Source of the DNA: Camelus dromedarius
Lineage: Eukaryota
Length of the DNA stretch: 64,000 nucleotides
NCBI RefSeq assembly: GCF_036321535.1
Contig: NC_087447.1
Location: 46,316,001 to 46,380,000, forward strand
Direction of reading: 5' to 3'
The notes beneath the pieces are model-generated. The model was not told the DNA's origin, searched no databases, and worked only from the letters and a program-made list of their open reading frames with translations. Positions 1 to 13,300 of the stretch are shown here, piece after piece (position 1 is the stretch's first letter; the number at the start of each line of letters is the position of its first letter). The position numbers were made by a program, and so were the translations under genes.

Positions 1-1549
1 GTAGTAGATAAAGGACTAAATTCCACATCTTCTGACTCCTATGCCAGGATTCTGTCTATAGGACCGTAATGGAAAGATACAGCTGGTTGTTGCTGAAATC
101 TTTAATAAGCAAGAGAACTGACCTGTCTCTTCTATCTCCTTATTTTGGATTTCTCTCCCCCCCCCCCCCGCCCCAGACTATTACAGCAGCTAAGGCGGAG
201 GTAGGGCAAGACTGTGAAACAGGAGGAGAGCAGGTAGCCCTAACAGGAAGGATGCGACTACCCTGGTCCAGGTTATTTAGAGAAGGTCTTCTTGAGCTGC
301 TCCCTAACACACAGTACAGGAGAACAGACCTGGGAGACAGAAAAGTGTTTCTTCTAATAGTGGTGGGATGGAAGGATCTGAGGCTTGTAGAAGATAAAGC
401 ACTTGAGGAGGCTAAAGAGAAAATATCCTGTTAGATGGAGACAGACTTACAAGGATAAGGATGACAGAAGACAAGAAAATCAGGAGATGAGGTGGTGCCA
501 AAGACAAGGGTAAACGATCTGTCTGGGCATGAATGGTACACGAGAGATGCCTCTGCCCTGTGCATTCCACAGCTCATGCCCTGACCGAGCCTACTCCCCT
601 CAACCATTAAGCATTCTTCCTTCTGTGGGCCCTTCACTCAGCCTTTGGGGACTCCCTCTAGTGACCACTATTTTCAGCCTGATTTCTGCCATTATCCTGG
701 TTGTCCTAGTTTTTCTTGCTGGCTGCAGCTCACACAGCCTCTCTCCCTGCCCTGGGCCCCTTAGGTCTCCTGCTCCAGCCCTCTAGCAGCCAGCAGACCC
801 CAGCATAAGTCCCCCTCCCTGGTCTGCTTGCCTCTCACCCGAGTTGAGCCAGCTCCCTCCCTGTGCCCTGTGTACCCCTGGTCTTCCCCGACCACTGCAG
901 ACCCAGCATGCTCTCCCCCTGCAGCATGAGGCTCAGGTCATTTTCTGCAGCTTCAGGACAAGCTGATGCCGTTCTCCTCTCTTTGTGAGAGAAGGGTGGG
1001 GAAAACGGAGTTATAAAGCGGTCTGGCTGCGTCCCCATAATCAGTTACTCTTTTCCCAAAAGAAAAAGGAAACAGCAGGCCTGTCCCCAAAGCACATCCT
1101 GAAAGGGACCCACGATGGGCCTGGTGTCCTCCTGGGGGTGGCTCTGGGGACTTTCTCTGTCCCAGTCCCTAGTCTTCCGGGGCTCTTGCTCCTGGCCTCC
1201 CTCACCATTCTACTGCGTCAGTCATGACTCCCTTGAGGCAGAGCGTAGTCTCCTTTCAGCAACCGCTGAGCCTCCCTCCACCCTCACCCTCCTTCCCTGC
1301 AGTGCCTGCTGAGAAACAGAGCCTCCTCAGAACACGCAAACGGACGCCTGCTGTGGGGGCTTTCTGAGTGCGACTTATAAAATGGGGTGCAGGCACAGCT
1401 AGCTCAGGGTTTCCACTCACTTTTTTTATTTGATTTGGACAGAGCTGTGGGCTAAGGTTGTGAGTGACAAATTAAGTGTGAGTCAAGTATCAGGGAAATG
1501 ATACAGTATTGGTAACTACAAATAATCAGTTCTTAAACCCCATCTTACC

Positions 1550-2825
1550 CAGCTCTCTGGCAACATGTGGCAGACACACATACTCTCTACTTCCTTGTTT
1601 CCTAAATGACTGTCTGCTAAGGTTTTCTTCTTACCTCACTATGTCGTCTGAATACTCTTTACTGTCTAGTTCTCGTCCCAGCCTCTTATGTTGGAGTCTC
1701 TTCTCTCACTATATTCATTCTTTTGGTGCTTTATTCATTTCTCATGGCTCTATTGATTCTTTGATGACTCTCAAATGTAGAGCTTCAACTCAGGTATCTC
1801 CCCTGAACTGCAAGTTGGTAAATGCAACTTGCTTACTTGAAATCTATTCTTCATAGACGAGTGTATATTTCCAAGCTTACATGTCCAAAGCAGAACTCTG
1901 ATTCCTTTCTTCCTCCATCTTTGTAAACCTACTTTAATCTCACTGTTTCCCATTGTGCTAAAGCCCTCCGATTCACCCAGTTCTTCAGGCTGGAAGTCCC
2001 CAGTCTGAAGTTCAGCATATTCTCATACCCCTACATCCAATCAATCCATCAATAAGTCCTATCCACTGCCTCTTCAGAGGATATTCCAAATATAATCGAT
2101 TTTTATTGTCTTTACCATTGCTTCGCTGGCTCAGACCATCATTTCACCCTTTGACTATAATAATAACTTTTGAATTAGCTTCTCTCTTACATCCTTGTCC
2201 CCCATATAGAACTCAGAGTAGACCTTTTAAAACTTCAGTCACAGCATAACAGAATCCTGTTCAAAACTGTCCAACAGCTTTCCACTATACTTCAAACAAG
2301 TTCTAGTTTTCGCCATGGCTTACGATACCCCTTCTTATCTGAATCTTGGCTGCCTCTCCAGTTTCATCTCCTACCTTCTCCTCTCAGTCGCTTCACTCAG
2401 TAACTGGACTGATACTGTCCCTCAAATTCACCAAACACAGACCTCAAGGCCTTTGCATCTGCTGGTCCCTCCACCTGGCACATTGTCCTTCATTCAGCTG
2501 TATGTCTTGCTCATGTGTTTCATCAAAATCTCTACTCAAATGTCACCTCCTCAGAAAGGCTGCCCATGACCAATCTGCCTAAAAACGTGTTCCATGTCAT
2601 TTTCTATCTTCATCTCCTATTTTCTTTCTTACCCTGTCTCAATACTTTTTTATTCAATACTTATTAATGTTATGCATCTTTTTAAATAAAACTCTCTTAC
2701 TAACTTGGAAGTTCCAAGGATTTTGCCTTCTCTGTTCACTACTACATTCCTAGTACTTAGAAAGATGCTGACACATAATAGGTGCTCAATAATATTCTGT
2801 AGAACAAATATCATTAGTTGAATAA
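1550..2825 (+). mobile_element. LINE-2 (L2a-like) 3' portion
   Basis: Typical L2 motifs (gatgactctcaaat, catgtccaaa.cagaactc, ggcctttgca) ending in cacataataggtgctcaataata. Confidence 0.7.
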
Positions 2826-3429
2826 AGATCTGCCCAGTCATATCCCAAGTTAACAATGAGTAGCCATGCCTATCCCCGAGCCCCATCAAGATAATGGAGA
2901 TCCTAGGCTCAGCTCTGAGTGCTGTGATGCTCACGTAAAATTTAAGAGTCATCTCATTTATCTCCCATTGCCATGTATCCCTTTTATTAGAATCAGTTGT
3001 ATTTCTGAAGGAACTAAGTGGGAGAATGGCCAAAACTCAGGATACCTGAAACTTAATTCTTGAAGGATGAGCTCCTCTCTATCATCTGGGCCATGCTGTC
3101 CCCCACTAGCTTTTCCCTCCACCACCTACATGAAAGCTCCTTAAATCAGGAATCGTTTCAATCCTTTGTATCTCCAAGACAATGTCAGATACATACTGAG
3201 TCATCATTATATATCTGTTGACTTAATGATTGTCTGAAATCAAGCTTCATGTCCTCCTGGCCTACATCTGATTAGAATCCCATCTGTTCATTCAGCAGTC
3301 TTCTCCCAAAACCTAACTTCATCATGATCTTCTTTCAAGCACCATCAGATCAAAATATGGACTACCCTGATATGTGCCTTCACAAAACCCACCGTGTAGG
3401 AAGATGACTGAAAGAGAATAACGTAGAGA

Positions 3430-3600
3430 TCGTAACAACAGTCTGTTGAGAATTTACTATATTCCAGGCACCGTGTTAAATATCTTATGTGTAATACGAC
3501 AACACCCCCCATTTTTACAGACGGGAAACTAGAGGCTAAGAACTGTTACTTAATTTATCTAAGGTAAAGCCAACAAGATTTAACATAGACAGTGTCACAC
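3430..3600 (-). mobile_element. MIR SINE
   Basis: MIR core cccatttttacagacgggaaactagaggct..tctaaggt. Confidence 0.6.
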
Positions 3601-3929
3601 AAACAGCATTTGATAAGATGTTGTGTGGACAAGAGAGGAGAAAAGACACTCACTGGGGCTCAGAGTATCAGAGAAGACTCATAAAAATGTAAACTTTGAA
3701 CTGGGCTCGGTGGTTCCCAGGAAATACTCATTGGGCCTCGCCTGTCGTGTTTTACACATGCCGTCTTCTCCCCCTGTGTGCCCTTTCCTCCAAGTCCACC
3801 TTATACTTCTAAACCGTAAATCATTAACTTTGACAGAGCTAGCTCCTTCCCTGCTAAATGAGTCTCTGTGTCATTTCTATGCCTACATGTATCTCACTGA
3901 GTTGTAGCTAACTTGTATATGTCTGTCCA

Positions 3930-4205
3930 TTCTCCAATCCAGACTATGACCTCCTTGAGAACAGGGGCGTAATCCTTCAACTCTGTGCCCAAACAGCTAG
4001 CATAGTCCCTCGCATGTAACAGATGCTCAGTCAGTGATCAGTGAATTGGATAAAATAATTTTTAAAAACCCTACTTTTTATTGAGTGCTTGGCATAAGCC
4101 AGGCAAATGCTATGTGCCCTTATACCACCTCATTTAATATTTATTACCTCCCTATTTTACAGATGAAGAAATGACATCAGAGAAGTTAAGTAGCTTTCCC
4201 AAAGG
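3930..4205. mobile_element. L2 3' end followed by a MIR fragment
   Basis: agactatgacctccttgagaacaggg..agatgctcag (L2 tail), then cctattttacagatgaagaaa..agagaagttaagtagc (MIR). Confidence 0.55.
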
Positions 4206-4709
4206 AAACACCAAGAAGCAAATATTTGGGACAGATGGAAGGGACCAAGAGGAAAAGCAAATTAGTGCTTCTATGCCAAAAAGCCTTTAGCATTATTTGT
4301 GCTCAGGGGTCTCTCCACCTACCCCCATCCTACCCACACTGAACGTTCAGGGTAGATCTTCTCTGCTGTCCTGTTCTTCAGCTCTACCCAACCACAGCCC
4401 AAATTTCCCAGCTTCTATTTTCTGCCTCTTTCCAGCATCCCAGAGGTCTTTTTATTACCTTCATCCCCAAGGAAGTTTTACTCTGAGCCAGGGCCCTAAT
4501 TACAGGATAAATACTCCAGCTCTTTTGCTCCCCACACTCTAAGCCCTGCAGGACCTGACGCTCCACTGCCACTCCCCTTCCCTGGTGAGTCTGTCTGTCT
4601 GTGCGCTCAGCCCTGCAAAAGGCACACCTGACTGCCTCTAAGGTCACTTTCTCTCTGAGGTGGTCTCCACTTCAGATAAAAGGGACTTACAAATGAACCA
4701 CAACTTCTG

Positions 4710-4875
4710 ATCATTGCTGTGTGCTGTGTGCTGAGTGGTGCTACTGCTCCAGACAAGTGTCTCCTGTAATGATTCCTCACAGTAGCCTGTGAAGTAGGAA
4801 TCCTCCTCTCCGCGTCACAGATGAGGAAGCGGGTTGAGAGAGGTTGGGTGACTCGATCGAGACCAGACATCTGGT
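4710..4875 (-). mobile_element. MIR SINE
   Basis: attcctcacagtagcctgtgaagtagg..acagatgaggaagc..gagagg MIR core. Confidence 0.55.
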
Positions 4876-7450
4876 GAATTCTTGGCAGGGAGTTTCCAGA
4901 TACTCGTGAGAAACCTCCAGTGACAAAGAACTTGCCCCTCCCCTCATGAGACAGCCTTATTCCTGGTACTTTAGCTCCTATTTTTAAGTAAAGCCTTTCT
5001 TGTGCCACACGTTAAGTAATTCAGGACAAAGAGAGGTGCGGGGCATCAAGAAAAGTTATTCTGGGCAAGTCATCTGGAAGAGGCTGACTCTCTCCTTGCC
5101 ACCCCAGAGATAGGGGAGTCAGGAGGAAACAGCAGAGCACAGCTGAAGAGGGTGGACAGGCAGAGAAGAAAGCTACAGCAGCCTGCAGCTGCTCAGCCTC
5201 ACCAAGGAGAGCGCTCCGCAGCCCCGCCGCCCACCTCCCCGCCCACAGCCCAGAGGCCCCGAGTCACACAGAGTGGGACGGCTCAGAGCACTGGTGATGC
5301 TGCCCCACCTCCTGCCTGCATCATTTCCCAGATGCCCAAGACACTGTGCTTGAGATAAAATATCCCTGCTTCATGTTCCCCATCTCTGCAACTGGGGCTG
5401 AGGCTTGTGGTCACTGTGCTGTGTAGCTACCAGGCTGGAGTAAAAGTTCTTTGAGTGGCAGCTTCGGGACTGAGGAGACTAATTATTAAAAGACTGGGTG
5501 GAAAAATAAAAGAAGGGAAGGGAAGACAGGAAGGCCGTCCCATTGATATCTGGATTATTCATCTCTCAATTTTCTCCACACCAGGAAAGGGCCCTGAAGC
5601 ACGGACACTCCAAAAACTATCTTACCTAGATATGTGGACCTGTGTCTTCTAAATACAGCCTTGCTCGCGCATTTTGCCCAGTGACATATACAGACACACA
5701 TAATCACATGCTCAGCCACAGACACAGTGTGTCCCTTCACAGAATGGAACAGTTTTACATATACCATTTCACAAGTTTCTCTCCACTAAGATTTTTCTCT
5801 CCCCCTGACCCTTCAGCCACCACCAAAACTAAAATCCCCTCTGGATAAACTTGGGCCCAGGCTAAAAGGTGGAAACTCAGAGAGGGAGAGAGCACAGAAG
5901 AGAAAGTAGGAAGCACACAGAGGAAAAGATGACGAGACAGAAAGGTGCAAGGGGGTTTGTTCACTATCACAGTAACAGAAGAGCCGGCACTGGGATGGAA
6001 AACCAGGCATCCTGGTCCAGGGTTCCTTCCCCCAGATCACATTAGGAGACCTTATCCTTTCTCTCCCTGCCTCTTTCTCTCTGGGTTTGGCTATCTGATG
6101 CAAAGGATTGCAAGGAATACTGCAACTTAAGTCAGGGATACAAATGGGCTATCTCCACAGGACTCATTAGTTTCACTATCTCTGTCCCAACCAGCAACCA
6201 GAACACAGTCACACACCATTATCTCAGAAACCAGCGTGAGCAAGGCAGCTTTCCCTCCTCCACTCTTTTCTACTCTCTTCTATGTCTGTTTGTGGTTCTC
6301 GTTCTCAACCTTCTTTCCTTTTCATCCTAATCTCCTCTCCCTCTAGTGTCCCCTTCCTGAATTTTCTATTTAATCTCCCCTCTCAAATTCTCAGTTACTG
6401 GCTGGCTAGTGGATAAGGGGAAAAATGAGAAGGCGCATGTAGGTGAGGGAAGATCAGGAGACACAGACAAAGAGCTGGGATGGAGACGTGTGGAAGCTCA
6501 GTACTACTGTGTGACCAAACTTGGTCTCTGTACTTGCTTAAAGTGGATGATTCTTTATTTCCAAGGATGAAAATTGACTTCTCATCTCCTCTTTTTTTTC
6601 TCATGTGCCTTTGATTTTTATTAGAGATAATACTTTGTATGCAATCATCTCTCAATAGCCTTATCAGATCACAAATTATGGACAAATCATCCTGATGCCT
6701 ACCACTGACAAATTTTGCATGATCTCACCTGTTTTCTGGCCACATCCATATCAGAAACCTACAACAAGCACAGGATTCTAAGACTAACATTACTCAGGCA
6801 GTGTTATGGCTAGAACTGGCTACCAGAGTTTCAGCCCCTCAACATGTGCTTTGCTGTTCCCAGTCAGAACCCAGGTTTTAAGCTTCATCTGAGGGTAACC
6901 ATGGGCTCAATGACTTGAAAAATCCACCCAGAATCTCCCTGCTTTCCCTTCTCTTCCCATCAGTCCTGATCCTCCCATCTTGAAAAGTAAGCACATCTGA
7001 TTCATTTGAACAATGTATTACCCTTATATTGTCACATAGGTAGATGATTCAGAAGAAAATAATGGTAAAATGCAGGCAGAAGAGGATTCACAGGCAGAAA
7101 AAAGAAAGCGTAAGAGTTTCTAGCCACTCAATCTTCATCATGGAGAGAGTTCTGCAGCCATGCCGCCCACCCTACACCCCAACCCTGATGTCACTGAAGC
7201 AGACACAATTGGAAAGGCCTCTTTGAATCCTGGTTATGGTAAGTTCACCTCCTGCTTTGCATCATTTCCCAGTGCTCTACAATCTTCTCATCCCGGGTGT
7301 TTTCCATGAGGTCTAACTCATGTTTCCTGCTGCCGTTTCAGTTTCAGCCACACCATAAGGATGCATCCCAATTGCTTCGTCTCTCAGGGCTTCTTAGAGC
7401 TCAGATCAAGGCATTAAACTCTTCTCTACCCACCCCACCTTGACCTCGAT

Positions 7451-8398
7451 ATGCAATTCACAAACCACAGCCATCAGAACCCAACCTCCTTCCTGCTCAT
7501 GGGAATTCCTGGCCTGGAGGCATCCCACTTTTGGATTGCGTTTCCCTTCTGCTCCATGTATGCCCTGGCAGTGCTCGGCAACATGGCAGTGCTGCTGGTG
7601 GTGCATTCAGAGCCTGCACTGCACCAGCCCATGTACCTGTTCCTGTGCATGCTGTCCACCATCGACCTGGTGCTCTGCACCTCTATGGTGCCCAAGCTCC
7701 TTGCACTCTTTTGGGCCAATGCTGCTGAGATTGCCTTTGGGGCCTGTGCTACCCAGATGTTCTTCATTCATGGCTTCTCAGCTGTAGAATCTGGTATCCT
7801 GCTAGCAATGGCCTTTGACCGCTACTTGGCCATCTGCCGGCCCCTGCACTATGGGTCATTGCTGCCCCTAGAGGCTGTGGGCAAGCTGGAGGCTGCTGCT
7901 GTATTTCGTGGCTTGGGACTCATTACCCCACTCACCTGCTTACTGGCAAGACTGAGCTACTGTAGCCGAGTGGTGGCCCACTCCTACTGTGAGCACATGG
8001 CTGTGGTGAAGCTGGCTTGTGGGGGCACACAGCCAAACAACCTCTACGGCATCACTGCTGCCACACTGGTGGTGGGCACTGATGCTACGTGCATTGCTGT
8101 CTCCTATGCACTCATCCTCCGGACTGTGTTAGGCCTCTCCTCCAAGGAGGCAAGGACTAAGACCTTTGGCACTTGTGGCTCCCACCTGGGTGTCATCCTT
8201 CTCTTCTACACACCAGGACTCTTCTCCTTCTACACACAGCGCTTCGGCCAGCACGTGCCCCGGCACATCCACATCCTCTTGGCTGACCTCTACCTTGTTG
8301 TGCCACCCATGCTCAACCCCATCATCTATGGCATGAAGACCAAGCAGATCCGGGATGGGGCCCTCCGACTGCTAAAGCAGGGCATTGTTCAGTCATAA
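7451..8398 (+). CDS. OR52P2: Class I olfactory receptor, family 52 subfamily P (OR52P2-like), intact single-exon 315 aa
   Basis: Uninterrupted ORF with OR motifs: N-glycosylation site NHS, GN in TM1, LHQPMYLFL, MAFDRYLAICRPLHY, HSYCEHMAVVKLAC, KTFGTCGSH, PPMLNPIIYGMKTKQIR. The subfamily and symbol come from sequence resemblance and synteny with human OR52P2P next to OR51R1P and TRIM21. AATAAA at 8701-8706. Confidence 0.9.
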   Translation: MQFTNHSHQNPTSFLLMGIPGLEASHFWIAFPFCSMYALAVLGNMAVLLVVHSEPALHQPMYLFLCMLSTIDLVLCTSMVPKLLALFWANAAEIAFGACATQMFFIHGFSAVESGILLAMAFDRYLAICRPLHYGSLLPLEAVGKLEAAAVFRGLGLITPLTCLLARLSYCSRVVAHSYCEHMAVVKLACGGTQPNNLYGITAATLVVGTDATCIAVSYALILRTVLGLSSKEARTKTFGTCGSHLGVILLFYTPGLFSFYTQRFGQHVPRHIHILLADLYLVVPPMLNPIIYGMKTKQIRDGALRLLKQGIVQS

Positions 8399-10351
8399 AG
8401 TCTTCGACCTCACCCTAGGACACTATCCTATTCTCCCCATATCCTTTGGGCAATGTTTAAGAGACCAGTGGCTCCCAGTAGGATGGGGAGACAGAAACCC
8501 ATATGCAATGGTATCCTTACTTTGATAAGGAGGCATAGCACAAGTATGATGGAGAAAGGACCATCAGGTGTTTCCCACTTGTGATGCAGATATGGTTAGA
8601 AAGCCCTGTCCAACAGGAAAATGGTTACCAAGCAGATGATGACCTCCCAGGGAATCCCATTCTGCTGTACTGACATGGCTCCTACCTCCCAGGAGACCTC
8701 AATAAAGTGAGAAAGATATGACTAGTGGTCTGACAAGGAGAAATTGCCCTCATCCATAGTCAAGTGTTCCTACTCTGATAGCAATACATGGATACGTCCC
8801 TCAGTGAGCTCTAAGTCTGATGGGAGAGACACAGTAAATTAGAGAGCCTCAAAGACGGAGCACTCAGCAGTGGGCCATAAGGACAACAACAAGTAAGAAT
8901 CATGGGCAAACTATTGTACAGAGGAATAAGCAACATTATTGCCAATAGAGGAAGTTTCTTGGGAAGATCAAAGTTTTTATTATTTTTTTTTCACTGAGCA
9001 TGCACTATAGGCCAATTATTTTGCTAAACTCAAGCAGTATGGAGTTGATTACATCAAAAGCCCTCCTCTTACGATGACTGCGCATCGTTAGAGGAAGCAT
9101 ACATGTAAGGAGACAGCAGGCAAGCCAAATTAAACTAATATGATAATGGTAACCACAGGGACTGCAGGTACTAAGTAAGGGCACTTAACCTGCTCAGGGA
9201 AAATGAGGTCCCAGGGCCCACCTCATCTCATAGGAAGCATAGGAAATGCCACTTCCTCGGAAGCCTTCGACCACGCCTGAGTATAAGGTGTGGGAACAAA
9301 GCCTCAGGCTGGATGATGTCAAGTCTGAGCATCCTTAGTCTTTCTTTCTGTTCCCTGGGAGTGGCCCTATGGAACTCCCACTAAGCCTCAAAGGTTTAAG
9401 GAAGAGACCAGACTCTTCTTTGGAGAGAAAATTGATAAGGCAGTCCAATGGGACCTCCTGAGCAGGTTTATAAAAATGAAAGTGATGTCTGCAACTTGGG
9501 CTCCAGAGTTCTTGGGGGCTCTGGTTCTGACTTGCTCAGAAACAGCAGGCAAACTAATAGGTAATGATAGGTATTTGTCTTTCTGTTAAAGCATATTAAT
9601 GATCTCAGAAAGAGCTTACACGGGAGAATGCCTCTAGCAGGCTCAGGTCACCAGAACTTCATCTGGTAGCAGCAATGGATGAGCTCAACCCTGCAGTGCA
9701 CCAAGAGGAAATGCATCATCTTACTGTATCTTGTAACCATCTGATGAGGAACATATAATTAACTACCCCCACTTTATGGAGCCAGAGGTGGAATATTAGG
9801 AAGACAGTAACTTGTTCAAGAAAGCAAGTAAAAGCCAGAAGTCAAACTCAGATCTTTCTAATTCTAAATTCCATGCTTTTTTACTTTTTACCAAGTAAAC
9901 TCTTATAAATCTAGGCCCCATGACCAAGAATATAATAAGGTTTAATCTAGGAGTGAGGGGATGATTCTCTAAATCACTGACATTTCTGAGAATATGCAAC
10001 ATGTCAAACACTATTCTGGGGGCCTAGAGATGTAATGGTGATTCAGGAAGATAAATCTCTGACAACTTGAATATGAGACCTCAGCAAAATCCACCCCCAC
10101 AATGTATTCTCAGTGACTTATGTTACCATAATAATTCTTCCTTCACTCCTGGACACAGCACACATGAAATAAGTAGTTCTAATTTGCCCATGGACAGCCC
10201 AGGTTGCCAGACAATCAGAGACCTCAAATTGGCCAATAAATTCTAATCTCCAGAATATTTAATTCAAGCTATGGGGGAAGTCAAGAAAGTCAGCCACATC
10301 CTATTTGGGATTACACTGGTTATGGGTGGATTTATTTTTCCCAAACCATTC

Positions 10352-13300
10352 TTTTTTTTTAATGAGGTATAATCTACCTAAATAAAGTGCATGTATTAAA
10401 TGTATAGTTTGATGATTTCTGACAAATGTATGTATCAGCATAACCACTATTTAATTAAGATAGAGAATATTTTCATAATCCCAGGAAGTTCCCTTGTGCT
10501 CCTTTCAGGCAACATACTTGCTCCCCAACTGAGACAACTACTGTTTGATTCTGATTACCTTGGGTCAAACTTACTGTTCCAGAAGTCCATGTAAGTGGAA
10601 TGATAAAATATATTCTTGGTTCAACATTATGCTTTTGAGATCCATTTGTGTTGCTATGTGCATTTTGAGATTCATTTGTATTGTTGTTAGTTCCTTTTTA
10701 TTGCTAACTAATATTCCATTGTATGAATATACCAAAGTTTAACTATTTGTTTTTGGACACCTGGGTTGTATCCTATTTGGGGGCTATTATGAATAAAGCT
10801 GCTATGAATATTTCTTAACCTAGGAGTGGAAATTCTGCGTTAAACAGTAGGTGTATAGGAGGGGCAAGATAGAGGTATGGGACTAAGAAATACAAACTAC
10901 TATGTACAAAATAAATAAGCAACAAGGATATATTGTATAGCACAGGGAAATAGAGCCATTATTTTGTAATAACTTTAAATGGAATATAACCTATAAAAAT
11001 ACTGAATCACTATGTTGTATACCTGAAACAAATATAATATTGTAAATTAACTATATTCAGTTTTTTAAAAGGTAGGGGTATGTTTAATAGAAACTGTCAA
11101 CAGTTTTCCAAAGTAATTGTACCATTTTATATTCTCACCAGTGATGCACAACAGTTCCCAGTTGTTGCAAATCCTGGTCAACCCTCTATACTGACACTCT
11201 TTTCTTAATTTTAGTCATTCCAACATGCGTAAGCTAGTAAATCATGGTCTTATTTTGCATTTTGCTGACAACTAATGACGTTGAGCAACTTTTTATATCT
11301 CTACTGTTCATGCATACACCTCTGTGAAATGTTCAAGTCTTTTGTCCATTTTTATCAATTTTTTGCTTTGTTATGGATTTATACCAGCTGTTTCTGTATT
11401 CTGAATACAAGACACTTGTCATATACCCAGTAAAAACAATTTGTCCAATTTTGTGTCTTGCTTTTTTAATTTTTTACTGTCCTGTTTTGATAAAAAGAAA
11501 TTTCTAGTTATGGTAAAGTCAAAATAATCAATTTTATTCATGTTCAGTGCTTTGTTTTGTAGATTAAGCTTTTAATTTTAGGTCTGTGTTCCAACACAAA
11601 TAATAACTCTGTATGGTATGAAGTAGAAATCAAGATTTATTTTTTCACATATGGATATCCAGTTATTCCCAAATTATTTGTCTGAGAGACATTCTTTTCC
11701 AAATTGAATTTCTCTGGCAACTTTGTCAAAAATCAGTCAGCTATTTATGTGTGGATATATTTCTAGATTTTTCTTTCCTTTCATTAATCTTTTTGATCAT
11801 TGGAATTAAATACATCAAGTATATCAATACTATACTGTTTTGTTAATGATAACTTTATAATGAGTCTCAAAATGAAGCATTGTATGTTCTCCAACACTGC
11901 ACTTCCACATTGGTTTTGGTTATTCTATGTCCTTTGCATTTCTATATTTATATTTTAGAATTTATTTTTTAATTTCTATAAAAATTATTGCTGGACTTTT
12001 GATTATATGATTTTTCTTTCTTTCTCTGCTCTTAATGTTACTGGCTATGGCTTCTGACATAATGTTCAATAGAATTAGTAAGGCAAACATCCTTGGCTTG
12101 TTTCTGATCTTACAAGAAAAGCATTCAATCTTTCATCATTAAGTATGATGTTAACTATAGGTTTTTCATAGTATCCTTTACCAATTGTTGAAAGTTTTTA
12201 TCCAGATGGTATTGAATTTGTTCAAATCACTTTTCTTCATATAATTAGGCAACCATATATTTTTTCTCCTTTATTCTGTTAATGGGGTATACTATATCAA
12301 CGTTTTCAAATGTTAAACTACCTTGTATTCCTGAAATAAACCCTACTTGGTCATGATGTAATATCATATTTATACATTGCTGGATTCAACTTGCTAATAT
12401 TTTGATAAGAATAATTATGTCAATGTTCATGAAAGACATTTATTTTATAGTTTTCTTTCTTGTAATTTCCTTATCAGGTTTTTATATCAGGATTTTGCTT
12501 GCCTCATAAAATATATTGGAAAGTATTCTCTATTGCTCTGTTTTTTGAAAATGTTCACATATATTTATTTTATTTGTTTCTTAAATATTTAATTGAATTC
12601 CACAGGAAAAATCTGGGGCTGAAGTTTCTTTTATTTTTGTATTTCACATTCAGTTTTTAATGAATACGTTTATTTAGATTTTGTATTTTCACAAGCTTTC
12701 TATTTCCTCTAAATTTCCAAAATTATATAATTGTCAAGATAATATACCAATATATGTATAAAATTGTTTATAACCTCCCCATATTATTCTTTTAATTCTG
12801 TAGGACTTGTCACCGCTTTTATTTCTGATATGGGTTATTTGTGTGTGTTTGTCCCATTCTGTCATGCTGGTGGAGGAGAAAGAGGAATCAATCTTATTAA
12901 TTTTTAGAACCAAATTGTAGCTTTGTTGATTTTTCTCTATTGTTTGTTTTTTTCTTTCATTGATTCTGCTCTTTTTCATTTCCATTCTTCTATTTACTTT
13001 GGTTTTCTTTACTCTTCTATTTCTAGCTTCTTAAGGTGGCAGCTTAAGTCACCTTATAAACTTCTCTCTATGCATTGCTTTAGCTGGATCCCACAAATTT
13101 TGATATGTTGTGCTAAAATATTTTGTATGACTGTCTAATTTCCCTTATGATTTTTTGCAACTCGTGGGTTACTTTAAGTTTGTTGTTTGATTTTTCAACT
13201 GTTTGAGAATTTTCTATATATATTATTACTATTAATTTCTAATTTAATTCCACTATGGCTGGAATCATACATTTTTAATTTCAGTCTTTCAAAATGTACT

